A stretch of 64,000 nucleotides of DNA from Azolla caroliniana (taxonomy: Eukaryota; Plantae; Polypodiophyta): contig JBHGNT010000008.1 of the NCBI GenBank assembly GCA_043228905.1, forward strand, positions 13,888,001 through 13,952,000. Reading direction: 5' to 3'. The notes under the pieces are model-generated. The model was not told where the DNA came from and ran no database searches. It worked only from the letters and a program-made list of their open reading frames with translations. The translations under genes and the position numbers were made by a program. The stretch's first letter is position 1. Each line of letters begins with the position of its first letter. Positions 25,232 to 37,087 of this stretch are shown here, one piece after another.

Positions 25232-27418
25232 GTCCCTAGCGAGAGTCAAGTTAAGCTTGCTAGATGAAGAGGCGCATCAGAAAGACAAAGAAGTGATCTC
25301 AGACTCTAAAGCACTCCTTAACGAATCGGGTCTTGGGCTTGAATCCTTATAAGGCCAAAATGTATGTCTTCATGACAGTCCCTAGCGAGAGTCAAGTTAA
25401 GCTTGCTAGATGAAGAGGCGCATCAGAAAGACTCTAAAGCCCTCCTTAACGAATCGGGAGCATAGAGAGGAAGACAATGAAACCAGAGTCTCCATAACCG
25501 GGAAAAATTGGGGACACTGTCAATGTCAAGGGGGAGGCCTCCTTGCTTTTATTGCGGAAAGAGAAAGGAACCGACCGTGTCGATTCGAAGAACAGTTCGA
25601 ACAGGAAAGGGACGGATCAGAAGGGAACGTCAGCAATCACGACAAGTGAAGAAGAACTTATGCTCATTACCGAGGAGAATGAGTTCAACCTTGTCGGTGA
25701 CGAGACAACGTGGGTTGTCGATTCTGGAGCATCATTCCATCATACACCGGATCGGAGATGCTTCTCATCCTACACAGCCGGAGATCATGGTTGTGTCCGG
25801 ATGGGGAATGAAGGTACATGCCGAATTGTCGGCATAGGAGATGTGTTGTTGACGACATCAACCGGATGCAAGTTGATACTGAAAGAAGTCCGACATGTTC
25901 CAGAGGTTCAGTTGAACCTAATATCAATCGGTTGGCTAGACGATGAAGGCTACACTGGTAGCATCCAAAACGGAGTCATGAAATTCAGCAAAGGAAGCCT
26001 GATTGTGGCTTGAGCATAGAAGATCAACACGCTATATCTTATGAATGCCCAGATATGCCAGGAAGAAGTGAACGTAGCATCCGGCACTACTGGTGAGCTA
26101 TGTCACAAGAGACTATGTCATATGAGCCAGAAGGGATGAGAAGACTTGCCGAAGACAACCCCATTCTGGAGGTGAAAGACGTGCATCTTGAGAAGTGCAC
26201 TGATTTCTTGGCTAGCAAACAGAACCGAACCTCCTTCCGGTCAAGACCACCGATGAGATAGAATGCACCACTAGAGTTGGTGCAGATCGATGTGTGTCAA
26301 GTGGACACGAAGTCACATGCTGGATCATAGTACTTCGTGATGTTCATAGACAAGCACATCCGGAAGTTGTGGGTCTCACCTCTAAAGACAAAGGATCAGG
26401 TGCTATCTGTCTTCAAGGAGCTCCACGCAAGAGTGGAAAGAGAAACCAGCCAGAAGCTAAAGGTGGTTCGAGCAGATAACAGAGGAGAATACCAGGGGCA
26501 GTTCGATGAGTATTGCCGGTCGAAGGGAATCTGACTCGAATTCACCATGTCGAAGAAGTTGGAACTAAACGGGCTGGCCAAAAGGATGAGTCGGACCATA
26601 TAATGGAGAGAGTCTTAGAGCATGCTTGGAAATGCAAAGTTACCCAAGACATTTTGGGCTGAGGCGCTGATGAAGGCAACTTACGTGATAAACAGATCAC
26701 CCTCAGTACCCTTGGATGGAGACACACCACAGAGAGTATAGACCGGTAAGGACGTGTCTTACCAGCATCTGAAGGTGTTCGGGTGTTTCGCATATGTGCA
26801 TGTTGCTTCGATGGATTCGAAATCCAGACCATGCATACTCCTTGGATACAACAATGATGAGTTCAGTTATCGGGTGTGGAATCTGGTCAACAAGAAGGTG
26901 TGCTAGAATCGGGGCATAGTCTTCATGGAAGATAGGACCATTGCCGACTGGGAGTGGGAGAAGAAGATGATGAGCTCTGGATCATCCAATGAAAACCGGT
27001 TTGAGGACACAAGAACCTACTCGGTTGAAAACCAGATGTTGGTTGGCAACTGGATGACACTCGATGAACCGGCCAGATACGGACAAGAACCCAAACCAAT
27101 CGAAGAAGAAGAAGAAGAAGAAGAAGAAGACACCGGAATTGGACAAGATCCCGAATTGGATGAGGATGAGGAACAAACGAAGGAACCGGTAGTCTGAAAC
27201 CAAGGACGGAGATATCATCTACGAGAGAGAAGAGCTCCCCGGAGATTTCCAGATGCAGCGCACGTATTGCTGACCGATGAGGGGGAGCCGGAAAGCTTGG
27301 AAGAGGCAAAGAAAGACACCCACAATGGCAAGTGGTTCAGTGCCATCTAGGATGAGATGGATTCCCTACATGAGAACCACACGTATGAACTGACGGAGTT
27401 GCCGAAAGAAAAGAGTGA

Positions 27419-28050
27419 TGTCACGAAGATTCGCGCGTGTGTGTGCTACTCGAGTGACTATCGGGGTCTTGGACTGGGGAGGACGTTCGTGGAATTATCG
27501 AAGAGATGATGATCAATGTAAGATTGGATGAAATTTTATTCACCTGAGAAGAAGAAAGATTGTACACTTGAGAAGTAGAAAAATATGAAGAGGATAAAGA
27601 CGAATATAATTATATTGATGTTAGTGGTGTTGGTGATATCACATATTGAACCCCCCTTTACACAAGCTCCACTAGGGTTTTTATAGCTCTCTTCATGCAC
27701 AAAACCATGGGTTTAGAACCATGGTTTTGGGGACATGGTTTTGCTTATGACATGCACAGTCCATGGGTTTAGAACCAAGGTTTTGTGCACATGGTTTTCT
27801 ACGGTTGTTTCGTCTATAATTCGCATATGAAAAGGAAATACATAAGTCTACACCATATGATAGTTGTCCTACTGGTAAGGCAAACATCTTGTATCTTAGA
27901 GGTGCAAGGTTCAAACCTTGCTTGCACCCCTCTGTATGAACTCAAGTGCCACTAGGCCTTAGGCTTATTTGCTAAGTGCATGTGCAATGGTGCACATCCT
28001 TTGTTTATTCGTCTCACTCGGTTTCACACCGTAGCCGAAAATAGTCGACA
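27419..28050 (-). mobile_element. Divergent solo LTR, distantly related to the Trp-primed family
   Basis: TGTCACG...GTCGACA; GGTCTTGGACTGGGGAGG resembles the family motif; interrupts copia C RT (LPKEK|ALQNKW). TSD not cleanly recognisable. Confidence 0.7.
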
Positions 28051-29547
28051 ACGCACTCCAGAACAAGTGGGTGCACAAGCTAAAACCGGGAGATACTGGA
28101 AACCCACTGAGATACAAAGCCTGGATCGTGGTGAAGGGGTTCTAGCAGAAGAAAGGAGTGGATTTCGACGAGATCATTGCCCTGGTAGTTAAGATGACTT
28201 CCATCCAGACGGTGTTGAGCATAGCAGCAAGCATGGACCTCGAGGTAGAGCAACTAGACGTAAAGACGGCTTTCCTCCATGGTGACCTCGAAGAGGAGAT
28301 CTACATGCAGCAGCTAGAAGGATTTGTGAAGAAAGGGAAGGAGCATTTGGTCTGCCGGTTGAAGAAGAGCTTATACGGACTGAAGCAAGCTCCCCGGCAA
28401 TGGTACCGGAATTTTGATTCCTTCATGACCGACCAACGGTACCACAAGACGCAGGCCAATCACTACGTGTTTGTGAAGAAAAATTTGACGGAGGAGATTT
28501 GTTGATACTCCTCCTATATGTGGATGATATGCTAATCGGCGGACGAGACAAGGGCAAGATTCGGACGCTAAAGAAGGCTTTGAACCAGACCTTCTCAATG
28601 AAATACTTGGGTCCGGCAAGACAGATATTGGGAATGCACATCATTTGGGACCGGTCGAAGAAGCTATTATGGTTGTCACAGGAGAAGTACGTGACAAAGG
28701 TGCTTCAACGGTTCAACATGTCGGACGCAAAACCGGTCGGATCGACACTTTCGGCAAACTGCAAGCTATCCGGAAGACAAAGCCCGAGGACAAAGGCGGA
28801 GAAGATAGATATGATGAAGATACCATATGATTCTACCATCAGAAGCTTCATGTACGCGATGGTATGTACCCGGCTAGATATTGGATATGCAGTTGGAGTG
28901 GTGAGCCGGCTCATGAGCAATCCCAGAAGAGAGCACTAGAACGCGGTAAAGTAGGTACTCCGGTATTTGAAAGGCACCTCGAGTATGTGCCTCCAATTCG
29001 GCTCTGGTAAACCCCTCTTGGAAGGCTTCACCGATTCGGATATGTCGGCTTATGCGGATACCAGCTAGTCTACATCCAGATATGTCATGACTTATGCAGG
29101 GGGAGTTGTTTCGTGGTAGTCGAGGTTGTAGAAGACAATTGCGTTGTCAACCACGGAAGCGGAGTACATGGCAGCTATGGAAGCCGGTAAGGAGATAATC
29201 TAGATGAGGAACTTCATCGGAGAGCTAGGGATCCAATAGGATAGATATTGGCTCTACTGCGATAGTCAAAGTGCCATCCACCTTGTGAGGAACGCGGCCT
29301 ACCATTCCCGGATGAGGTACAACTGGATCCAGGAGAGTAGAAGATCAAGAGTTCATGCTGACGAAGACCCAACAGAGGAGAATGGGTTGGATATGCTCAC
29401 CAAGGTGTTGATAACCGACAAGTTGAACGCGTGCCGAAGTTGGTCCCTCCGGATGGGATCCGATTATGAATGAAGAAGACCTGGTGAGAACCGAAAGAGA
29501 TCCGGAAACCAAATCAGATGGAACTGGTGAGAACCGTAAGACAACCA

Positions 29548-29905
29548 GTGTAAATATGTTTTGAGTAAGCCTATTGAGGCTATATTTGTAAATAGCCCTA
29601 AGTTCATATGAGTATAAATATAATGAAAAGAAAACGTGTGCAAAAGCGTATGCATAAAAACACAGAGTACATTGTTCGGCAGTACGGGTGAAACAAAGTA
29701 ATCACAAAGAAAGAGAGGAATAGAGAGAGAGAGAGAGAGAAATTACAAACTATATTCAAAATAATTCTCTATACATATTTCGTGCTCAGTGAGCATCTTT
29801 TATACAAGCCTTGACTATCGGGCTAACACAAGTACTGACAGTACTTGACCGCTCACAAAGGAGCCTTCTACACTAACTCCCAAAACTATTCCTTACGAGG
29901 AATAT
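29548..29905 (-). repeat. Copia LTR fragment similar to the copia B LTR
   Basis: Shares GTGCTCAG..AGCA.CTTTTATACAAG and CTACACTAACTCCCAAAA with 22750-22850. Confidence 0.6.
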
Positions 29906-30435
29906 TGTGACGAGAAATATGCGGAATAATCTCCGGCCACAACCGAACCGTAGATCACTTGATGACAATCAAACACAGAAGAAATGGGAATGGAGGTAAG
30001 TACACAAACAGAAAGAGAATCCACAGGATGTTAATGTGGAAAACCTTGAGAGTGAAAAACCACGGGAGTCCACAGACTCCAAACTATCACTATGTCAAGG
30101 AGTACAACAGGGAGCACAGAGGCAATGACCTCTTTCTCACAATCTTCGCCTAGCGGCGGTTACAACAGAGACATGCTCTGTATCGCTCTCACTCTCTCTC
30201 TCTATACAATCGTTACACCAATAATACTATACTCATATAATAATAGCAACTATAATCATCATGCACACTGTTTTCCCTAGGTCACATTTATACTAATATG
30301 ACCTTAGGACTATTTACAGATATAGCCCCAATGGGCTCTTAGAAACATATCTACATATATATCCCTTCATCCGGTGAGAGGTTTTCACCGGGCCTGCAAC
30401 ATCCGGTTCTCACCGGGTCTTCCTTGCCGGATCCA
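29906..30435 (-). repeat. LTR of the copia A/C family
   Basis: Reverse-complement similarity to ~23950-24255 (GCGGAATA, GCCACAA, AAAACCACGGGAGTCCACAGACTCCAA, GCGGCGGTTACAACAGAG). Confidence 0.75.
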
Positions 30436-32358
30436 TGATGGGAACGCCCAAATCCTTCCAGATGCGTTTGAACCAGACAGCTTCACACGCGGCGATTGTC
30501 GCGCCCCTGTATTCAGTCTCTGTGCTTGACAGTGCAAGTGTTAGTTGCTTCTTTCTACTCCAAGAGATTGCTCAGCTGCTAAAGGAGAAAACGAATCTAG
30601 AGGTTGAACGTCTATCGGCCTTATAGCCTCTCTAGTCCGCGTCTGTGTACCCTTCGAGTCGAATAAGCATATTCGACTTATACATGATGTCGTAATCCAT
30701 CGTCATAGTGACATACCAAAGTATGCTCTTAGCGCAATCGAGATGATCATTTCGTGGGTTCGGCATGAATTGGCTAAGTAGGCCGACTAAATAGTTGATG
30801 TTGGGTTGTCTGATGGTTAGATAGATTAGGTTGTCGATCAATTGTCAATATTGAGTCGGATCGCACTCAGTTGTGCCTGAATGGACATCGAGCTTGAGAT
30901 TTCAGTCAAGAGGGATAGACACAGGTTTGCACTCGGTCATTCTAAACTTGTAGAGTAAGTTGAGAATGTAGTGTCGTTGAGAGATCAATATCCCGTCTGG
31001 TGTCCAAATTACTTCGATACCAAGGAAGTAATGGAGCTTGTGCATATCTTTCATTTCAAATTTGCCAGATAGGAGTGATTTTACCTTATTAATCTCGGTG
31101 AGATCCTTTCCTCCGATGACCAAATCATCCATGTACAAGATGATGACAATCTGGTTGTTCGACTCGTTTCGGATGTATTGGGAGTTGTCCGATTTTCACA
31201 TTCGAAAGCCAATTTGATGATGATACTGAGTGATCTTCGAATGCCAAGCACGCAATGCTTGCTTAAGGCCGTAGAGTGGCTTCTTTACTCTACAGTCTGC
31301 TTTCGGATGATTTTTCAATTCCAAACCGAGGGGCTGAATCATTAATACCTCCTCATCTAATTCGCCTTGGAGGAAGGTGTTCTTTACGTCCATCTGGTGG
31401 AGATGCCACCCTTTTGCCGCTGCAAGTGCAATAATTTTTTGCATTGTTGCCATCTTTGCCACTAGGGCAAAGGTCTCCTCGTAACCGACATTGTGCATTT
31501 GTGCGTATCCTTTCACGACGAGTCGTGCTTTGAAGCGATTTATGGAGGTATCAGCATTGTATTTGACCTTATAGATCCATTTGCAACCAATCGTTTTCTT
31601 GTGAGGTGAATGGGGAACAAGGTCCCATGTCTCGTTTTTGCACAAGGCCTGCATTTCTTCATTCATTGCGTCGATCCATTGCAGGTCCTTCACAACTTCG
31701 GAAAATGTTTCCGACTCTCGGACAGTTGCTACCTTCATCATAAAGGCATAATGATACGCCATGTACTCATCGTAGCCGAATCGGCTTACGGGGTTCTTTT
31801 CACGGGGGGACCAACGTAGCTTCTCGTTCGTAGAGACTAATGCTTTCTTCGCTTCATTTGTCTAGATGTTGCAGCCTTCGAACTCACTGTCGAGGGAGTG
31901 AGTTGACTCATTGTCCATCAGGTCTTCATATTCTTGCATTTTGGCCTTCCCCTTGTCTGGCTTTGGAGTCGGCCGAGATGTGTTGTGATCATGGGCCACT
32001 CAACCTTGTCGTAAGCGGGTTGTCTTCCTACATGTGTCTGAGTCAATCTTCTTCTTGTATCTCTTGTTTGGATGATTCTGGATCAAACTAAATCAAGGTT
32101 GAAGTTGTCTCTATTGCATACCAAGATGTTGACTCATCGAAAACGACATCTCAACTCACAAGAACCTCTCAAGTAGAGGGGTTATAGCACTTATACCCCT
32201 TTTGCTCCAATCATTATCCTAGGAGGATACATTTCTCCGACTTTGGATCAGGCTTTTATCACTTCTCGTCGGGAACGTGCACATAGGCAATGGAGCCGAA
32301 TGTCCGAACATGTGATAGGTCTAGCTTCCTCCAAAGAACTTCTCATGTGGAGTTACGT

Positions 32359-33014
32359 TGTCGTGCCTTTCAGCTCCGGATCATTGCGTGCATCGGGTGG
32401 GAACCACTAAGGTTTTGGACTAGGAGAAGAAGAATATGAGATAGTTTTTGTTACGAATAGATTGCAAGATAGAGATGTGAAACTCGTGAATCCCACGAGT
32501 ATAATGTATTAATGGATACTTAGATTGTAAGAGAGAACTAGATGGTAAAATCGTGAATCCCACGAATATTTTGTATTAATCAATCCTTAAAAAAAAAAAA
32601 TCAACAACCTTATACATCTTTCTCTCTTCCTTATATAGTGTTGGAAGAGTCTAAGTTTATCACATGCAAGCATCATGCTTTTCCTAACTTTAGTTTTCAT
32701 GCACATTGCATGTGCATGATTAGCTTTCTATCCCATCTTTTCTTTTAACTCGAGTGTGTATGCATGAATAGCTTTTTGTACCATGCATATCTAGAATATT
32801 TACATGGGATAAAGTTTAGTATAACTTTTAAAATTCATAGTATGCTAGTATAGTGGTAAGGCTAGGGTTTGTTTACGTGGAGGTACAGGGTTCGAACCTT
32901 GCCCTATACATGTAATAGATATTTTTAATATTTTATTTTTTATTTATTATTCGTACTCTAAATCGGATATAGTGTTTTACATATTTCACGTAGTGTGTAA
33001 TTCACACTACGACA
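32359..33014 (-). mobile_element. Solo LTR of the Trp-primed gypsy family
   Basis: TGTCGTGCC...CTACGACA; ACGT on both flanks (32355-32358, 33015-33018). Confidence 0.92.
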
Positions 33015-33556
33015 ACGTCGTGTACCCCCGAGGTTGTACACCTATTCATGAGGTATATAGTTGTGTTACGATTTCGGCAGGTTCTTCTAGTTCATCATTG
33101 CCCGTGCAACCTCTACTATATGCCGAGTCTTTCGCTTGGCTATGTCGTTTTGCTATGGTGTGTGCCGACATGAGAATTCTCTTCGTATTCCTTCCTTTCG
33201 CAGATATGCCATAAACTTGTCAGAGAAATATTCTTTGCCTCCATCTTATCGAAGGCAACGCGCGTGCCGACCCGTGTCTTTTTCAACTTCATTTTTGAAC
33301 CTTTGGAAGTTGTTAAACACTTCGCTCTTCTTTGTCATCGGGTAGATCCAAGTGTGCCTGGAGAAGTTGTCGATGAACGTGACATAGTATCGGCAATCAC
33401 CGAATGTTGCCATCTGGGCCGGTCCCTACACATTTGAATGTACTACATCCATGATCCCTTTGCTCACATTCCTCTCTTTTGGGAATGGATGTCGGCTTGT
33501 TTTTCCAAATTGGCACACCCCGCATATGCCCGTAATCTCCTTCTCGATAAAGTTCG

Positions 33557-33884
33557 TGTTGAGCGGCAAGCTCAACCGGAGCCGGATCGGCTGAATAAGC
33601 CGGAGCCGGTAAGTGAGACGGATCGAGCGAAACGGATCGGTATTATGGTGAGCAACCGAACTGGCAAGCAGTGGAGGCCGGGTGCAATCCGTAACCGGAA
33701 GTCCAATCGGAAGCCTAGCATAGGATAGACTACTAGGTAGCTATAGTCTCGTAGTAAGTGTCAGATGCTCGTGTGAGCATTGAAGTACATGGTACTTCTA
33801 TCAGTCCCAAGAGGACTTGGATAAATAGTGCTACTTAGCACTGTGTGTGTACAGAGTTTTGATATAATTTTGAAATCGTGTTCT

Positions 33885-33934
<50 letters not shown>

Positions 33935-36326
33935 GTTCTCTGTTTTACGCTTCCGCAAACACTTACGTTCACATGGTATCAGAGCGTGAGGGTTGAGAAC
34001 CTCTGCTGCAGACATTTACTCTTGAGAAGAAAACCCTAACAGGTCGAAAACAGACACAGTAGAAGACATGGATAGAGGCATGGCTACGTCGCTCCCGGTG
34101 GAGAAGCTCGACAGGAGCAACTACGCATCCTGGTCTTACAAGATGCACCAGTACCTGCTTGGACACGGGTACTGGAGTTATGTCGAAGGAGCGAATGATG
34201 CGGCGCCCGACTCGGCACACAAGGACTTCCCGGTATGGGAACAGGTGGCAAGCAGGGTGATGTACTGCTTCATGTCCAGTGTCGGCGATCAGCTGCTCAG
34301 CCACATCCGTGACACCAAGACACCGAAGGATGCTTGGGGGAACCTGAAAAAGGTTTTCGCCGCAAGCACCACTACCCGGAAGCTGCAACTCAGACAGGAG
34401 TTGAGCAATGTTCGACAGAAGAACATGTCCGTGGCAAACTACACGGGCCGGATAAAGGAAATCTGCGACTCGCTCGCCTCTATCAATGTTACCGTAGAGG
34501 AAGACGAGATGGTGCAGGTATGTCTCGGAGGCCTGGCGTCCAAGTTCGGAGCGTTCCGGACTGCGCTGTGTACAAGGGAGAATACCCCCTCATTCTTCGA
34601 CTTACAGTCGATGCTCCTTGTAGAGGAGAACCACGCCGGTGCATCTACCAGTGCATCCCCGGACAGCCCAATGTTGTACACGGGGACGGATCGGCTCCGT
34701 GGGCGTGGTGGAAGAGGTGGGTCGGCACGCAATGGAGGCGGCCGGCAAGAGCAGGAACGAAGGCACTATGAGTGTGCCGACAGCAGTTCCAGGACTTCCA
34801 CAAGCAGGGGGAGTCAAGGCGGTGCCGGAGGCCAACAAGACAAATCCGCTACGGAATGCTGGTACTGTGGGAAAAAAGGCCACAGGGAAAGCGAGTGCTA
34901 GAGAAAGCGTGCCGATTCGGACAAATCCGGATCCAGCAAGACCGGTAAGGGTGGCTGGCAAAACTCGCACTACGCAAACGGATCAGGAGGATCCGGAACC
35001 GGAAAGGCTGGTAAGGGACCAGCCTTGGTGATGAATCACAAGGCAAACTCAATGAAGAAGACCACTTCCAAAACGGAGGAAGTGTGGTATGTTGATTCCG
35101 GCGCGTCGAACCACATGACGAGCCACAAAGAGTGGTTCTCCTTTCTGGAGAAACCAGATCAACTAGGAGTAGTCGAAACCGGAGACGACACTCCTCAGCC
35201 AATCGTGCACATCGGAGAAGTCCCTCTACGCCACGTTGGACAGAAAGGGAAGCTGATGAACGTATTACACGTTCCGACAATCACGAAGAACCTGGTGTCC
35301 GTCGGTCAGATTGTCGACCAGGGGATGCAGGTGCGGTTTACGGGAATCGGAGAGGAAGATGGTGGAACGGGAATCGGAGAGGAAGATCAAATACCTTCGG
35401 TCGGACGGCGGAAAGGAATATTTTTCCGGCCAATTCACTAGTTATCTGCAGCAGAAGGGAATTAGACGAGAGTTCAGCTGTAGATACACACCAGAGCAAA
35501 ACGGTGTGGCCGAAAGGAAGAATCGGACACTCGTCGAAGCGGCAAGGGCAATGCTGGAGGAGAGGAGCATGCCCCAGTTCTACTGGGCGGAGGTGGTCCG
35601 GACGGCCGTCTACATACAAAACCACATTGGTGACAAGGTGTCAGCTCATGAGCTCTATTTCGGGTGCAAGCCAAACTTAAGACACCTTCGGATATTCGGC
35701 AGCATAGCGTATGTGCATGTGCCGGATCAGAAGCGGAGAAAGCTGGATGCAAAATCGGAAAAATGCATCCTAGTCGGCTATGCTCAAGAGCAAAAGGGGT
35801 ATAAGTGCTATAACCCCCAGACGAAGGAAGTCCAAGTTAGTCGGGATGTCGAGTTCGATGAATCGGCATCCTGGTACTCCGTACCGACTCCGACTTCCGA
35901 TCCCGACCCAATGCCGAAAGATCAGGCCAGTGAGCCTGAATCAGCCCTGGCAGAGGATGATGAAGCCGGGACTCAAGATGAGAGTCCGGAATCGTTACGA
36001 TTGAGCGGCAAGCTCAACCGGAGCCGGATCGGCTAAATAAGCCAGAGCCGGTAAGCGAGACGGATCGGGCGAAACGGATCGGTATTACGGTGAGCAACCG
36101 AACCGGCAAGCAGTGGAGGCCGAGTGCAATCCGTAACCGGAAGTCCAATCGGAAGCCTAGCATAGGATAGACTACTAGGTAGCTATAGTCTCGTAGTAAG
36201 TGTCAGATGCTCGTGTGAGCATTGAAGTACATGGTACTTCTATCAGTCCCAAGAGGACTTGGATAAATAGTGCTACTTAGCACTGTGTGTGTACAGAGTT
36301 TTGATATAATTTTGAAATCGTGTTCT

Positions 36327-36377
<51 letters not shown>

Positions 36378-36417
36378 TGTTCTATGTTTTATGCTTCCGC
36401 AAACACTTACGTTCACA
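33557..36417 (+). mobile_element. Young, internally deleted copia E; LTRs 33557-33973 and 36001-36417
   Basis: GTTCG TSD; near-identical LTRs; PBS TGGTATCAGAGC 33974-33985; gag 34068-34901 (CWYCGKKGHRESEC), PR and integrase core present; RT, RH and PPT absent. Confidence 0.93.
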
Positions 36418-37087
36418 GTTCGGGACTCCGATTACGACTCCTTTCTATTGCATGTTTTGGAGCTTTTGGAGATTGATGTGGCCAATTCTCTTGTGCCACA
36501 GTTGTTGTCTGCCTGGCCGGACTAGCCTCAACACAGGTGTCTATCCGACACTTCTCGAAAGGGGTGGTAAGGATTGGATGCTAGGTTACACGCGTAAGAT
36601 TATTACAATTAAGCACAGACAGTAAAACAATACAGAGATACAGATAAACACGCAATAATTTTATTTGTATTACTTCCGTCCAACCCTTTACAAATCATCG
36701 GATCCTTTTATAGGCATCCGGCAAGGTTACAATCGGTGTGCTTAGGCAACCGACATCCGAATCGGTCCGGATCCGGATCGGTACAACTGTACCGGATCCG
36801 TCCCTCCGAATAATAATTCTACTATCATTTACTTCCTATTATCCGATCCGACTCCGCCTTCCCACTTGTCCTTGCTCTTCTGACCGGCCAACACATGGCA
36901 CGCCCGTGGGAAAGTGCCTTGCACTTCGAATCCACTCCCGGCCTCATTCTTCCTCCAAAATATCGAGCACACTCTGCTCGATGGTGTCAAGTGGTGCTTC
37001 TTCCTCCTATTCCTTGCCTGCCTGGTCTCCGACCTCCGGTTGGGTTGGCTGCTCCGTAAAAATTTGCTGCTCCGGCTCTGCTTGATT

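Larger units (their letters stand above)
23850..29540 (+). mobile_element. Copia element C (5' LTR ends 24255; PBS 24259-24270; gag from 24283; pol to ~29450)
   Basis: TGGTATCAGAGC tRNA-iMet PBS; WVVDSGASFH (PR); integrase fragments; QLDVKTAFLHG and LLYVDDML (RT); RH remnants. Outer limits are approximate and the 3' LTR is truncated. Confidence 0.85.
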
